Part shown: positions 1 through 8,850 of the stretch, piece by piece
How the letters are laid out: every line of letters begins with the position of its first letter
How positions within the stretch are numbered: position 1 is the stretch's first letter
Made by a program: the position numbers and the translations under genes
DNA from: an uncultured Rikenella sp.
Lineage (GTDB): Bacteria; Bacteroidota; Bacteroidia; Bacteroidales; VadinHA17
NCBI GenBank assembly: GCA_964537135.1
Contig: CAZHZC010000002.1
Span: forward strand, 31,700-95,699
Direction: 5' to 3'
Length of the DNA stretch: 64,000 bases
Notes under the pieces: model-generated
Told to the model about the DNA's origin: nothing
Seen by the model: the letters and a program-made list of their open reading frames with translations, nothing else
Databases searched by the model: none

Positions 1-233
1 ATCTTGTCAGCCACCTCTCAAATGATAAGGGGGTGGTTGCCTTTGAGACTGAGCTCGATTCGCTGGGTGCGGAGGTGGGTATAGTACACTATGTAGATAC
101 TATCACCACCCCGGAACGGATATTTGCGGCACTCAATGCTGATACCCTGCTGATTCATTACTCTGACGGGCGTAGCACCAAAGTGGCCAGCCCGTTCAGG
201 TTTCCTGACCAGGGTGTGGTCAGAGAGCAGTAA
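1..233 (+). CDS. hypothetical protein, 3' end of a CDS entering from upstream of the window
   Basis: Frame is open from base 3 to TAA 231-233 (...GVVAFETELDSLGAEVGIVHYVD...GVVREQ*). No motif I recognise. Ends 26 nt before the ABC ATPase gene. Confidence 0.4.
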   Translation, partial: LVSHLSNDKGVVAFETELDSLGAEVGIVHYVDTITTPERIFAALNADTLLIHYSDGRSTKVASPFRFPDQGVVREQ

Positions 234-259
234 GGAGAAAAATAATTGACAACAACGGC

Positions 260-1144
260 ATGTATGCAATAGAGTGCAGAAACCTTACTCACTATTATGG
301 GAGGAAGCTGGTCTACGAGAACCTCTCATTCAATGTGGAGGAGGGGAAAATATTGGGCCTGCTGGGAAAAAACGGTACAGGCAAGTCTACAACCATAAAT
401 ATTCTGAACGGATTCCTGCAACCATACTCAGGTGAATGCCTTATATATGGAGAGAACAGCCAGCAGCTCTCCCCTGCCAACAAGCGTCGTATCGGCTTTC
501 TGATAGAGGGGCACGTGCAGTATTCATTCATGAATATACACCAGATAGAGAGGTTCTACTCAGGATTCTACCCTGACTGGAACAGTAAGCCCTACTGGGA
601 GCTGATGTCAAAGCTCAAGGTGACACCAAAGCAGAAGATATCAACCATGTCATGCGGACAACGGTCACAGGTGGCCTTGGGACTGATACTTGCCCAGGAT
701 CCTGACCTTCTGATACTTGACGACTTTTCAATGGGGCTTGACCCGGGCTATAGAAGACTGTTTATCGACTACCTGCGTGAATATGCCAAGGCGGAAAAAA
801 AGACGGTCTTTGTTACCTCACATATCATACAGGATATGGAACGTCTTATTGATGATGTGATGATCATGGACTATAATAGAATACTGGCACAGCAGTCTGT
901 TGAACAGTTTATGGGCAGCTTCAGGCAGTTTAACATTACCTTGGAAACGCCCGATGAGGAGATAAAGGGTGGTGAGATCGCTGTCAATATTGAGAAGATT
1001 AAAGAGAAGATAGAATTTTACACCTACTCATCCGAAGAGGAGGTGAAGCGGTTCCTGAAGGATGAGGGAGTCAGATATACCGCCGTGGAGGAGAAAAAGA
1101 TGTCACTTGAAGATGCCTTTATAGGGCTGACCCGCAAATATTAA
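260..1144 (+). CDS. ABC transporter ATP-binding protein
   Basis: Walker A GKNGTGKST, signature-like MSCGQRSQ, Walker B LLILDDFSMGLD, H-loop TSHI. About 80 aa C-terminal extension. Stop lies 1 nt before the next gene. Confidence 0.9.
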   Translation: MYAIECRNLTHYYGRKLVYENLSFNVEEGKILGLLGKNGTGKSTTINILNGFLQPYSGECLIYGENSQQLSPANKRRIGFLIEGHVQYSFMNIHQIERFYSGFYPDWNSKPYWELMSKLKVTPKQKISTMSCGQRSQVALGLILAQDPDLLILDDFSMGLDPGYRRLFIDYLREYAKAEKKTVFVTSHIIQDMERLIDDVMIMDYNRILAQQSVEQFMGSFRQFNITLETPDEEIKGGEIAVNIEKIKEKIEFYTYSSEEEVKRFLKDEGVRYTAVEEKKMSLEDAFIGLTRKY

Positions 1145-1145
1145 G

Positions 1146-1829
1146 ATGAAAAACGGTATCATGCTAAAGTCATTACTGTACAAAGAGTGGATAAAGATCA
1201 GGGTGGTGGCTGTGGCTGCCCTGGGAATCAGCATCGTTGCACTTGCAAACATTTTCCTGAAGGTAAGGCATGACATTCTCTTTACTGACGCTGCAAACTA
1301 TTGGTACTCATTCCTGTTCAGGGGAGCATCCTATTTTGATATTCTCAGGTACATGCCACTTCTTTTCGGGCTGGCAGTTGCTTTGGCACAATATGTTCCC
1401 GAAATTGTCAACAGGCGTATAAAACTTACCTTCCACCTGCCCATGTCGGAAAACGGGGTGCTGATACGTATGCACCTCTTTGGAACAGCGGTGCTGACAC
1501 TACTGCTGATATTAACGTTGGGTCTCTTCTCAGCCGGTAGCGCCATCTTCTTCCCCGCCAATATTGTCAAGGCATCGGTAGTGACAATGCTCCCCTGGTT
1601 TATGGGAGGGGTGGCAACCTATTTCCTTGTGGCACTGATACTGCTTGAGCCGGTATGGCTCTACCGCGGGCTATATACGCTGATAGCGGCAGGGTACATC
1701 ACATTCTACTACAAGGGCGCTGCCATAGAAGCATACCGGCCCATGCTGCTGCCACTGGCACTAATAACTATTCTCATTGGCAGTGTAGTACTGTTCTCAG
1801 GCTACAGATTCAGAAAAGGAGAGATGTAA
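1146..1829 (+). CDS. polytopic membrane protein, probable membrane partner of the ABC ATPase
   Basis: 227 aa with about 6 hydrophobic spans (VVAVAALGISIVALANIFL, LLFGLAVALAQYV, LFGTAVLTLLLILTLGLF, LPWFMGGVATYFLVALILL, LLPLALITILIGSVVLF). 1-nt gaps to both neighbours. Confidence 0.6.
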   Translation: MKNGIMLKSLLYKEWIKIRVVAVAALGISIVALANIFLKVRHDILFTDAANYWYSFLFRGASYFDILRYMPLLFGLAVALAQYVPEIVNRRIKLTFHLPMSENGVLIRMHLFGTAVLTLLLILTLGLFSAGSAIFFPANIVKASVVTMLPWFMGGVATYFLVALILLEPVWLYRGLYTLIAAGYITFYYKGAAIEAYRPMLLPLALITILIGSVVLFSGYRFRKGEM

Positions 1830-1830
1830 G

Positions 1831-3078
1831 ATGATCAGACTAAACAGATATATATTGGTGGCAGTGGGTATACTGGTACTCTCGGTAGTGCTACCATCAT
1901 TGTACTGGACCATCTTTGAAAAGGTGTCAAGGCTGCCAAACCTGTTCTACAGCTGTATTGAAGAGGATTTTATTATTGTGGAGGGCAGCCAGAGACGGTC
2001 ACCACAGGGAAAGGTTTACAGCTCTGATGAGTATGAAGAGGTGTTGCCGCTGATGTTTTTCAGGCAGCTGATTGCTGACGGCAAGATGCCCGATACCATC
2101 AAAGGGGTACAGGTGGAGATACCCTCTATCAACAGAGCCTCATCATTCTACAGATACACACCACGTAAGCTCAACAGCCCGGTACCTGAACTGTGGCCAA
2201 TGCTTGAGTCAGAGAGCGGAAAGGTCAGCCTGGTGATGCCTGATGACTACTTCCGTATCGGCAAGCGGATGGAATTCATTGTTGCAAAAACAAACAGGAT
2301 AGATGAGGAGAAGAGCCGGCGCTTCACCGAAGCCCTCACTGCCAACGGATTTCTGTTCCCCGCATCTGTCATTGCAGGACTGCCTACCACCAGGAAATCG
2401 GTAGATGACGGCTATTTTATTACTGACAGAAAGGGTGATCTCTTCCATGTAAAAATGGTACAGGGAGAACCATATGTGGCAGCTATCGAAACACCTGACA
2501 ACTTCGATATTGTCTATATCGAACCGGTAGATCTGAAAAGTCGTGAATACTATTGTTACATCCTGACAAGAAATAACGGTATCTTTGTTTTGATGGATGA
2601 GGTATATGACCTGCAGAGGCTGCCCATTGACGGCTTTGATCCATACCTGCATTCATTCCGTCTCAATGCAGACCTGTTTAACAAGAGTATAACAGTGACA
2701 GGTGAAAACTGGTTTGAGGCGGTAGCGATGGATGATATGTACCACGTTGTGGCAACATACGGCGAAAAGGGGGAAGGGCTGTATGAGAGGCGGGACGGGA
2801 AGATGTTCGCATCACTCTTTCCTTTTGAGATCAGGCTGAAAGAGGAGGAGTCACAATTCAGAAGACTATTCTTCAGACCATCACCCGGAATCAGGTGGTT
2901 ACCGGTTAACATGGTGGCCGTGGGACTCTCACTGGCGCTGCTGATGAGAAGAGGAAGAGCCGTCAGACAAAATATACCTGATCTGATAATCATTGCCGTG
3001 ACGGGCATTTACGGACTCATTGCCACCAGCTTCTTCCCCAATAAATTCAACAGTACGAAATCAGCTAACCAGAGATAG
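1831..3078 (+). CDS. membrane-anchored protein, DUF4857-like (N-terminal TM, large soluble middle, two C-terminal TMs)
   Basis: 415 aa. TMs ILVAVGILVLSVVLPSLYW (N-terminal), VNMVAVGLSLALLM and LIIIAVTGIYGLIATSFF (C-terminal). Size and context match my recollection of Pfam DUF4857, which I cannot verify here. Confidence 0.55.
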   Translation: MIRLNRYILVAVGILVLSVVLPSLYWTIFEKVSRLPNLFYSCIEEDFIIVEGSQRRSPQGKVYSSDEYEEVLPLMFFRQLIADGKMPDTIKGVQVEIPSINRASSFYRYTPRKLNSPVPELWPMLESESGKVSLVMPDDYFRIGKRMEFIVAKTNRIDEEKSRRFTEALTANGFLFPASVIAGLPTTRKSVDDGYFITDRKGDLFHVKMVQGEPYVAAIETPDNFDIVYIEPVDLKSREYYCYILTRNNGIFVLMDEVYDLQRLPIDGFDPYLHSFRLNADLFNKSITVTGENWFEAVAMDDMYHVVATYGEKGEGLYERRDGKMFASLFPFEIRLKEEESQFRRLFFRPSPGIRWLPVNMVAVGLSLALLMRRGRAVRQNIPDLIIIAVTGIYGLIATSFFPNKFNSTKSANQR

Positions 3079-3082
3079 TGAG

Positions 3083-5968
3083 GTGAAAAGAATCCTGTCA
3101 TCAATTCTTGTGCTAAGCCTGGCAATAACCCTTATGGCCCAGAATCGCTCATCAATGCGTGGCAGGGTGATATGCCGCTCCAGTGGTGAGCCGGTGATGA
3201 TGGCTACCGTGGTTGTCAAAGAGCTTAACCTGTGGGCTACAACAAATGATGCAGGTGACTTTCTGCTGAAGAATGTACCTGCCGGAACATATACAGTGGT
3301 GGTCTCATGCCTGGGATATATCGAGAATGAGAGTCGGTTTACATTTCCTGTGAAAGAGGAGACGGTGACACTGACAATTGATGAGGCTACACTGGCTATT
3401 GAGGGGGTGGTGGTTACAGCCAGGGAGGGACGGCGAATGGCATCAGGCTCAATGATTGAGCAGGCAGCCATACAGCATGTGCAGCCTACTGACCTGTCAG
3501 ATGTGATGCAGCTGCTGCCTGGGCAGACATCACTCAACCCTGACCTGTCACGACCCAAGCAGCTTACCATAAGAGAGATAATCGGGAAAGAGGGCTATAT
3601 GACAAACAATATGGCCAGCCTCGGTACTCTGCTGGTGATTGATGGCGCACCGGTCTCCAATGATGCCAACCTTCAGTTCCTGAAGACCACCAGTGCATCA
3701 CTGGGCGTTACCGCCGGGTTTGGCACCACAGCCTCAGGAGGCACCGATGTGAGGCAGATATCGGTAGACAACATAGAGACCATAGAGGTTGTCAGAGGTA
3801 TTGCCAGTGTAGAGAATGGTGATATGCTGAGCGGCGCTGTCAGGGTGACCATGAAAAAGGGCAAGGTGCCCCTGACTGCCAAGATCAAGACCGACCCGGG
3901 CATCAAACAGTTCTATGCCGGGAAAGGGGTATCACTGGGTGACAGGGCGGGAACGCTTAACCTTGACCTTGACTATACAAAATCATTTGATGACCTGAGG
4001 GTGAAGTACAAGACCTTCAACCGGATCAATGGAGGGGTGATATATAATAACAACCTTTTCCGTGAAACAAGGCCTCTGGCACTCACCCTCTCGGTGCGCG
4101 GATCACAGACCCTCGATATAAACGAGAAAGACCCTGACATGCTCGACGTTGAGAGCTATGAGGCGAGGGAGCAGAAACTCAGTATCAACCTCAACAACAA
4201 ATGGGCACTCAACTCACTCGTGCTGACCAACCTCAACCTTATGCTCTCCGCTGACATACAGAACCAGACGGGGCATGAGGTCAAACTGAAAGAGATACCA
4301 TCAGGTGCACAGCCGCAGCCTGTGGCACTGGAGCCGGGGGAGAATCCGGTACCCATGCTGCCATCATCATATATAAGTGATCTCAGGATAGAGGGAAAAC
4401 CCTACTACTACAATGCCAGGCTCTCAGCCAACAAGTCGCTCAATATAGGGTCACTGGTGAGCAACAGCGTGGCAGGGATAGAGTGGAGGCTCTACGGAAA
4501 CAACGGACAGGGAAGAATATTTGACCTGTCACGGCCGCCGGTACCCACTGAGGGGAACAATGCCAGACCTCGCTCATACAAGGATATACCCGCCCTGGGG
4601 CAGCTGGCATACTATGCCGAGGAGAACCTGGGGATACCTATCGGTAAGACCAGGCTTGACCTGCAGGCCGGGATACGGTTCACAAACGTTCAGCCTGACG
4701 GCATATTCAGCTCCAGAGAGGGCACAACAATGCTTGACCCCCGCTTCAATGCCAGGTATACCATTATTGACAAGAGGGAGGGGCTGCTGTCACACCTGAC
4801 CGTAAGGGGAGGGTACGGACTCTTCTCAAAGGCACCCGCACTGCTCTATCTATACCCTGACAAGGCCTACTGGGACAAGACCGGACTGAGCTATTATGAC
4901 CCTGTTGAACAGCGGGGGTTGTTTGTGGTTACTACAAAGATTTTTGATAACCCCCGCAATGAGAACCTGGTGGCAGCCACCAACCGGAAGCTGGAGGCAG
5001 GAGCGGACATAGGGCTGGGCAACGTAGATGTGAACCTGACCCTCTACCATGAGAAGATGACAAACGGGTTCGGGTTTGCCACCTATTATGAGAACTTCAT
5101 CTTCAACAGATATCTGGCTCCTACCCAGGGCGGTCTTGACCTCTATTATCTCTCCGGCTCAGGTGTCTATTACCGTGACCCGGTTACCGGTGATGAGGTA
5201 CAGCTGCCTGTAGCCAATGATACCGTATATGTCAGCTACACCTACCCCTCAAACAACAATATGAGCGTGAAGAGGGGAGCCGAGTTCACCCTTGACCTTG
5301 GCTCGGTGAATGCGTTGCGAACCTCATTTATCATTGATGGTGCATGGATGTATGTGAAACGGCAGCGGACCGAGAATGACCTTATGAGGCCTACCGGCAG
5401 CATAGGCGGAAAGGAGATGCCGGTGGTGGGTGTCTACCCTGCCGGAAACGGAACCATAGCCAGACGGTTCAATACAACCATCAGAACCATTACTCATATC
5501 AGGGAGCTGCGTATGGTTGCCTCGGTGACCACACAGATAATATGGGTTGACCGCAGTCAGAATATCTATGATGACCCTGATGGTAATCCGCTCTTCTATA
5601 CCACTACGCCGGTTAATGACCTCTATGCAGACAGGGAGAATCCGAAGTTCCTCGACCCGACAGGCTATTATGACCGGCAGATGGTCTATCACCCGTTTGA
5701 CCGCTCTATGGCGGTGACACGTCCCTACTCAGACCTGATTAAGCGTACAAACACTCCATGGTATTATGCTGATCTGAGCTTCCCTCCCTATTTTGTTATC
5801 AACTTCAAACTCACCAAGGAGATAACCAATTATGCAACATTCTCGTTTTACGCAAACAATATCACCAACTATAATCCTCTGCTAAAACAGCGCGGCGGGG
5901 CGCCGGAGAGCTATTTCCGGAGAAATCCGCCGCTCTACTTTGGTGCAGAGGTGAAAATCAAATTTTAA
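3083..5968 (+). CDS. TonB-dependent outer-membrane receptor (SusC-like N-terminus, no SusD partner)
   Basis: GTG 3083, right after the upstream stop, gives signal peptide VKRILSSILVLSLAITLMAQ. Carboxypeptidase-regulatory-like domain (GRVICRSSGEPV...NVPAGTYTVVVSCLGY), plug-like segment (GVVVTAREGRR...DLSDVMQLLPGQ...LLVIDGAP), and a long beta-rich barrel ending ...FGAEVKIKF. Confidence 0.88.
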   Translation: MKRILSSILVLSLAITLMAQNRSSMRGRVICRSSGEPVMMATVVVKELNLWATTNDAGDFLLKNVPAGTYTVVVSCLGYIENESRFTFPVKEETVTLTIDEATLAIEGVVVTAREGRRMASGSMIEQAAIQHVQPTDLSDVMQLLPGQTSLNPDLSRPKQLTIREIIGKEGYMTNNMASLGTLLVIDGAPVSNDANLQFLKTTSASLGVTAGFGTTASGGTDVRQISVDNIETIEVVRGIASVENGDMLSGAVRVTMKKGKVPLTAKIKTDPGIKQFYAGKGVSLGDRAGTLNLDLDYTKSFDDLRVKYKTFNRINGGVIYNNNLFRETRPLALTLSVRGSQTLDINEKDPDMLDVESYEAREQKLSINLNNKWALNSLVLTNLNLMLSADIQNQTGHEVKLKEIPSGAQPQPVALEPGENPVPMLPSSYISDLRIEGKPYYYNARLSANKSLNIGSLVSNSVAGIEWRLYGNNGQGRIFDLSRPPVPTEGNNARPRSYKDIPALGQLAYYAEENLGIPIGKTRLDLQAGIRFTNVQPDGIFSSREGTTMLDPRFNARYTIIDKREGLLSHLTVRGGYGLFSKAPALLYLYPDKAYWDKTGLSYYDPVEQRGLFVVTTKIFDNPRNENLVAATNRKLEAGADIGLGNVDVNLTLYHEKMTNGFGFATYYENFIFNRYLAPTQGGLDLYYLSGSGVYYRDPVTGDEVQLPVANDTVYVSYTYPSNNNMSVKRGAEFTLDLGSVNALRTSFIIDGAWMYVKRQRTENDLMRPTGSIGGKEMPVVGVYPAGNGTIARRFNTTIRTITHIRELRMVASVTTQIIWVDRSQNIYDDPDGNPLFYTTTPVNDLYADRENPKFLDPTGYYDRQMVYHPFDRSMAVTRPYSDLIKRTNTPWYYADLSFPPYFVINFKLTKEITNYATFSFYANNITNYNPLLKQRGGAPESYFRRNPPLYFGAEVKIKF

Positions 5969-5978
5969 CCAAATATAA

Positions 5979-7187
5979 ATGAGTATGAAGAGATTTCCTT
6001 TTTTATTAGCGTTGCTGGCCATCCTGGCGATAGGAATGACCTCCTGTAAAAAGGGTGCTGAGTTATATGATGTCACCATAACTGCGTACTACCCGGCAGG
6101 ATATGATTCTGAAAAGGCAGCCAGCCTGCCGGTAACCATCAGGCATAACATCTCTGGTACAGAGGTGACCGTCACTACTGATGCCACCGGCGTTGCTGTC
6201 GTAGCCCTCGAAGAGGGTGTATACAAAATTCAGGCTACCCAGGAGACCAGTGAGTTCTACTTCAACGGTATCACTGAGAATCTTGCTGTCAGCGCCACCG
6301 GGGCTAACAACTGGGAGATCCACCTGGAGGCTTCATCCAAAAAGGGCGGACTGGTCTTCAAGGAGATTTACTATACAGGCTCAAAGACCGAAGCGGGCGG
6401 AAGCTACTTCTCAGACCAGTTCCATGAGATATACAACAACAGTGATGAGGTGATCTACCTTGACGGCGTATGTCTCGGACTGCTCGAGCCCCAGGGATCA
6501 ACCCCTACCGTATGGGTGAATGAGGATGGATCGATCATGGACAGGCTGCCTCTCACCTTTCATGTGCTGATGTTCCCGGGTAACGGACAAACCTATCCGC
6601 TGGAGCCCAGAACCAGTGTTGTGGTGGCGCAGGACGCTATTGACCATCAGACTGACCCGCTGGGTAACCCCCTCTCACCGGTCAACATGGGAAAGGCCCC
6701 CTTCGAAACCTTTATTGAGGCTCCCGGCAAGGATACAGACAATCCTGAGTCGGCCAATATGATAGTGATGTACTCAACCTCAGCCACAATGGTTGACTGG
6801 CTCCATTCAGTCTCCGGTGCAGCCGTGGTGATGTTCAGGCTCCCCACCGGCCTCGACCATGAGTCGTTCGTCAATGACCCGTCCAACTTCATGCAGAAGC
6901 CCGGTACCACCTCTGCAACACTCTTCTTTATGATAGACAAAGAGTGGGTTATTGACGGGGTGGAGTGCAACAGGCCGGAAGAGGACAAGCGCTTTAAAAG
7001 GCTGCCTACCTCTGTGGATGCAGGGATGGTATGGTGCTCAGCCTCCTATAACTCAAAGAGTGTAAGGCGGAAGGTTGAGAAGATACTTGATGGTAAGGTC
7101 TACTACCAGGATACCAACAACTCCTCCAACGATTTTCTCGGAGAACAGGACCCGACCCCCTTTATCCATCCGACAACTGTAGACTGA
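5979..7187 (+). CDS. lipoprotein, DUF4876-like with lamin-tail-like segment
   Basis: Lipoprotein signal MSMKRFPFLLALLAILAIGMTSC. Ig-like N-domain (VTITAYYP...GVYKIQAT). LVFKEIYYTGS...FHEIYNNSDEVIYLDG resembles a lamin-tail-domain signature. Starts 10 nt after the receptor gene. Confidence 0.6.
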   Translation: MSMKRFPFLLALLAILAIGMTSCKKGAELYDVTITAYYPAGYDSEKAASLPVTIRHNISGTEVTVTTDATGVAVVALEEGVYKIQATQETSEFYFNGITENLAVSATGANNWEIHLEASSKKGGLVFKEIYYTGSKTEAGGSYFSDQFHEIYNNSDEVIYLDGVCLGLLEPQGSTPTVWVNEDGSIMDRLPLTFHVLMFPGNGQTYPLEPRTSVVVAQDAIDHQTDPLGNPLSPVNMGKAPFETFIEAPGKDTDNPESANMIVMYSTSATMVDWLHSVSGAAVVMFRLPTGLDHESFVNDPSNFMQKPGTTSATLFFMIDKEWVIDGVECNRPEEDKRFKRLPTSVDAGMVWCSASYNSKSVRRKVEKILDGKVYYQDTNNSSNDFLGEQDPTPFIHPTTVD

Positions 7188-7277
7188 GATAGTGATGAAT
7201 CAGGCAGATGAGTGTGCCGGACAGCGGCAGGGGCTGCACCGGCACACCATCTTCATAAAAGAGAACCCTCCGTGCAG

Positions 7278-8846
7278 ATGAAGAGAAGCTTCTTTGTTTA
7301 TGCCCTCACACTGCTGGTGGCTGCCGCTGCAACAGGGGGCGCTGCTGCCCAAGAGCCGGCAGTTGTCAGCAGCAATGCCTTTGAGGTGCTCAGGGTGCTA
7401 CACCCTCTGACCCTCACTGACAATGCGGCCTCACTGACACAATACCCGGTCAACAGGCTGAGTATGGTCAGTGCCGGGCTCTCCCTTGACAATGATGAGA
7501 TAACTTTGGTACAGCAGCCTGACAGGGTAACCTCATTCAATGCCCTTACCCGTGGCTTAATGAACTACAGGAGACTGACCATGACGGGCGAGTTTGAATA
7601 CTTAAACTCATATTATCAGGGGGTAAACTATAATGGTACGTTGATGTTCAACACATTGAACCCATACCTGCTTGGCGATACCGTACCTTCGGGCCAGTCA
7701 ATGGAGCAGTTCAGGATCAGGGGCGCCGCAGGATATATGGTCAGTGAGGCGCTGAGTGTAGGTGTGGGAGCCGACTATCTCACGGCGGTGGGAGCCAAGC
7801 AGAAGGACCCACGCAACAAAAATTCAATCACCGGGCTTAAGCTCTATCCGGGAGTGCTCTATTCAACGGGCAACACAATCTTAGGGGTGAACGGGGCTCT
7901 CTATAAGTCAAGCAATGAGGTCTCATACAAGGTTGAAGGCAACTGGAGCCAGTCACTCTTCGCATTCCTCGGGCTGGGCTACTACAGGCAGGAGATCAAC
8001 ATCACATCATACAGCATGCTCTATGATAGCCGGGGGTGGGGTGGCAGCCTGCAGGCAGCACACCACACTGACAAGATCATGATAATGGCATCGGCTGACT
8101 ACCGTCATCTGAAGGAGGAGGCTCTTCGGGGAAACAACTACCGGCTGATCAACGGGATAGCTGTGGTTGATGAGGTGACCCTCACCGGCCTGGTACGGCT
8201 GGCAGCAGAAAGAGGACACCACCTCTTCAGCCTCAAAGGCTCCCTTCAGGTGCTGAGCGGTGATGAGGTGCTGCAGAGATCATACACCGTCAACAAGGGT
8301 AACTACTCATATGACTCACTGGCTACGGTGAGCTGGATCAAGAACAAGCATATGGTCACCAATGCCGGTGGTGAGCTACGCTATACCCGGCTGGTAACCG
8401 ATGCCCAATACAATATCGATCTGGAGGCCGGCGCAGCACTCTATGCCGGCTATCTCTCGGCTGAACACTTCCCGGTGCAGAGCTACGGATACCATAACAC
8501 ACTGAACGGCGGTGTAAAAATATTCTTCAGAAAACTATTCAGAAGCGGCCGGCTGATGATCAGCCCGGGAGCGGAGGCGGGCTACCGGATGAACCTGGCA
8601 TCTGACATGGCCTATACCGAACAGAGTACCAGTGCTACCGCAATGGTCTATCATGATTACTATATACTGAAGGCAGATATGGTAAATGCGACAGCCACGG
8701 TGAGGATGGAGCTGCCGCTGAAGGGAAACAAATTTGTCAAATCATTGTTTTTTATTCCAAAAGGCCGGTGGGCTGCAGCCATAGGATCAGAGGCCGGAAA
8801 CCTCTCAGCTGTTATGGCTGATATTGCAGCCGGATTCATATTCTGA
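7278..8846 (+). CDS. outer-membrane beta-barrel protein (DUF6850-like)
   Basis: ATG 7278 gives signal peptide MKRSFFVYALTLLVAAAATGGAAAQ (ORF-track start 7212 is a GTG upstream of it). Alternating beta-strand pattern throughout. C-terminal ...IAAGFIF aromatic end is typical of OMPs. Confidence 0.6.
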   Translation: MKRSFFVYALTLLVAAAATGGAAAQEPAVVSSNAFEVLRVLHPLTLTDNAASLTQYPVNRLSMVSAGLSLDNDEITLVQQPDRVTSFNALTRGLMNYRRLTMTGEFEYLNSYYQGVNYNGTLMFNTLNPYLLGDTVPSGQSMEQFRIRGAAGYMVSEALSVGVGADYLTAVGAKQKDPRNKNSITGLKLYPGVLYSTGNTILGVNGALYKSSNEVSYKVEGNWSQSLFAFLGLGYYRQEINITSYSMLYDSRGWGGSLQAAHHTDKIMIMASADYRHLKEEALRGNNYRLINGIAVVDEVTLTGLVRLAAERGHHLFSLKGSLQVLSGDEVLQRSYTVNKGNYSYDSLATVSWIKNKHMVTNAGGELRYTRLVTDAQYNIDLEAGAALYAGYLSAEHFPVQSYGYHNTLNGGVKIFFRKLFRSGRLMISPGAEAGYRMNLASDMAYTEQSTSATAMVYHDYYILKADMVNATATVRMELPLKGNKFVKSLFFIPKGRWAAAIGSEAGNLSAVMADIAAGFIF

Positions 8847-8850
8847 TATT

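Noticed and set aside
3020-3082. Upstream-extended ORF-track starts: 3020, 7212, 8824, 29867, 33172, 37598, 38405, 39901, 41918, 46288, 48846 and 60999.
   Set aside because: In each case a downstream ATG/GTG yields a proper signal peptide or the conserved family N-terminus, and removes an overlap with the preceding gene or a promoter box. The shorter CDS is reported instead.
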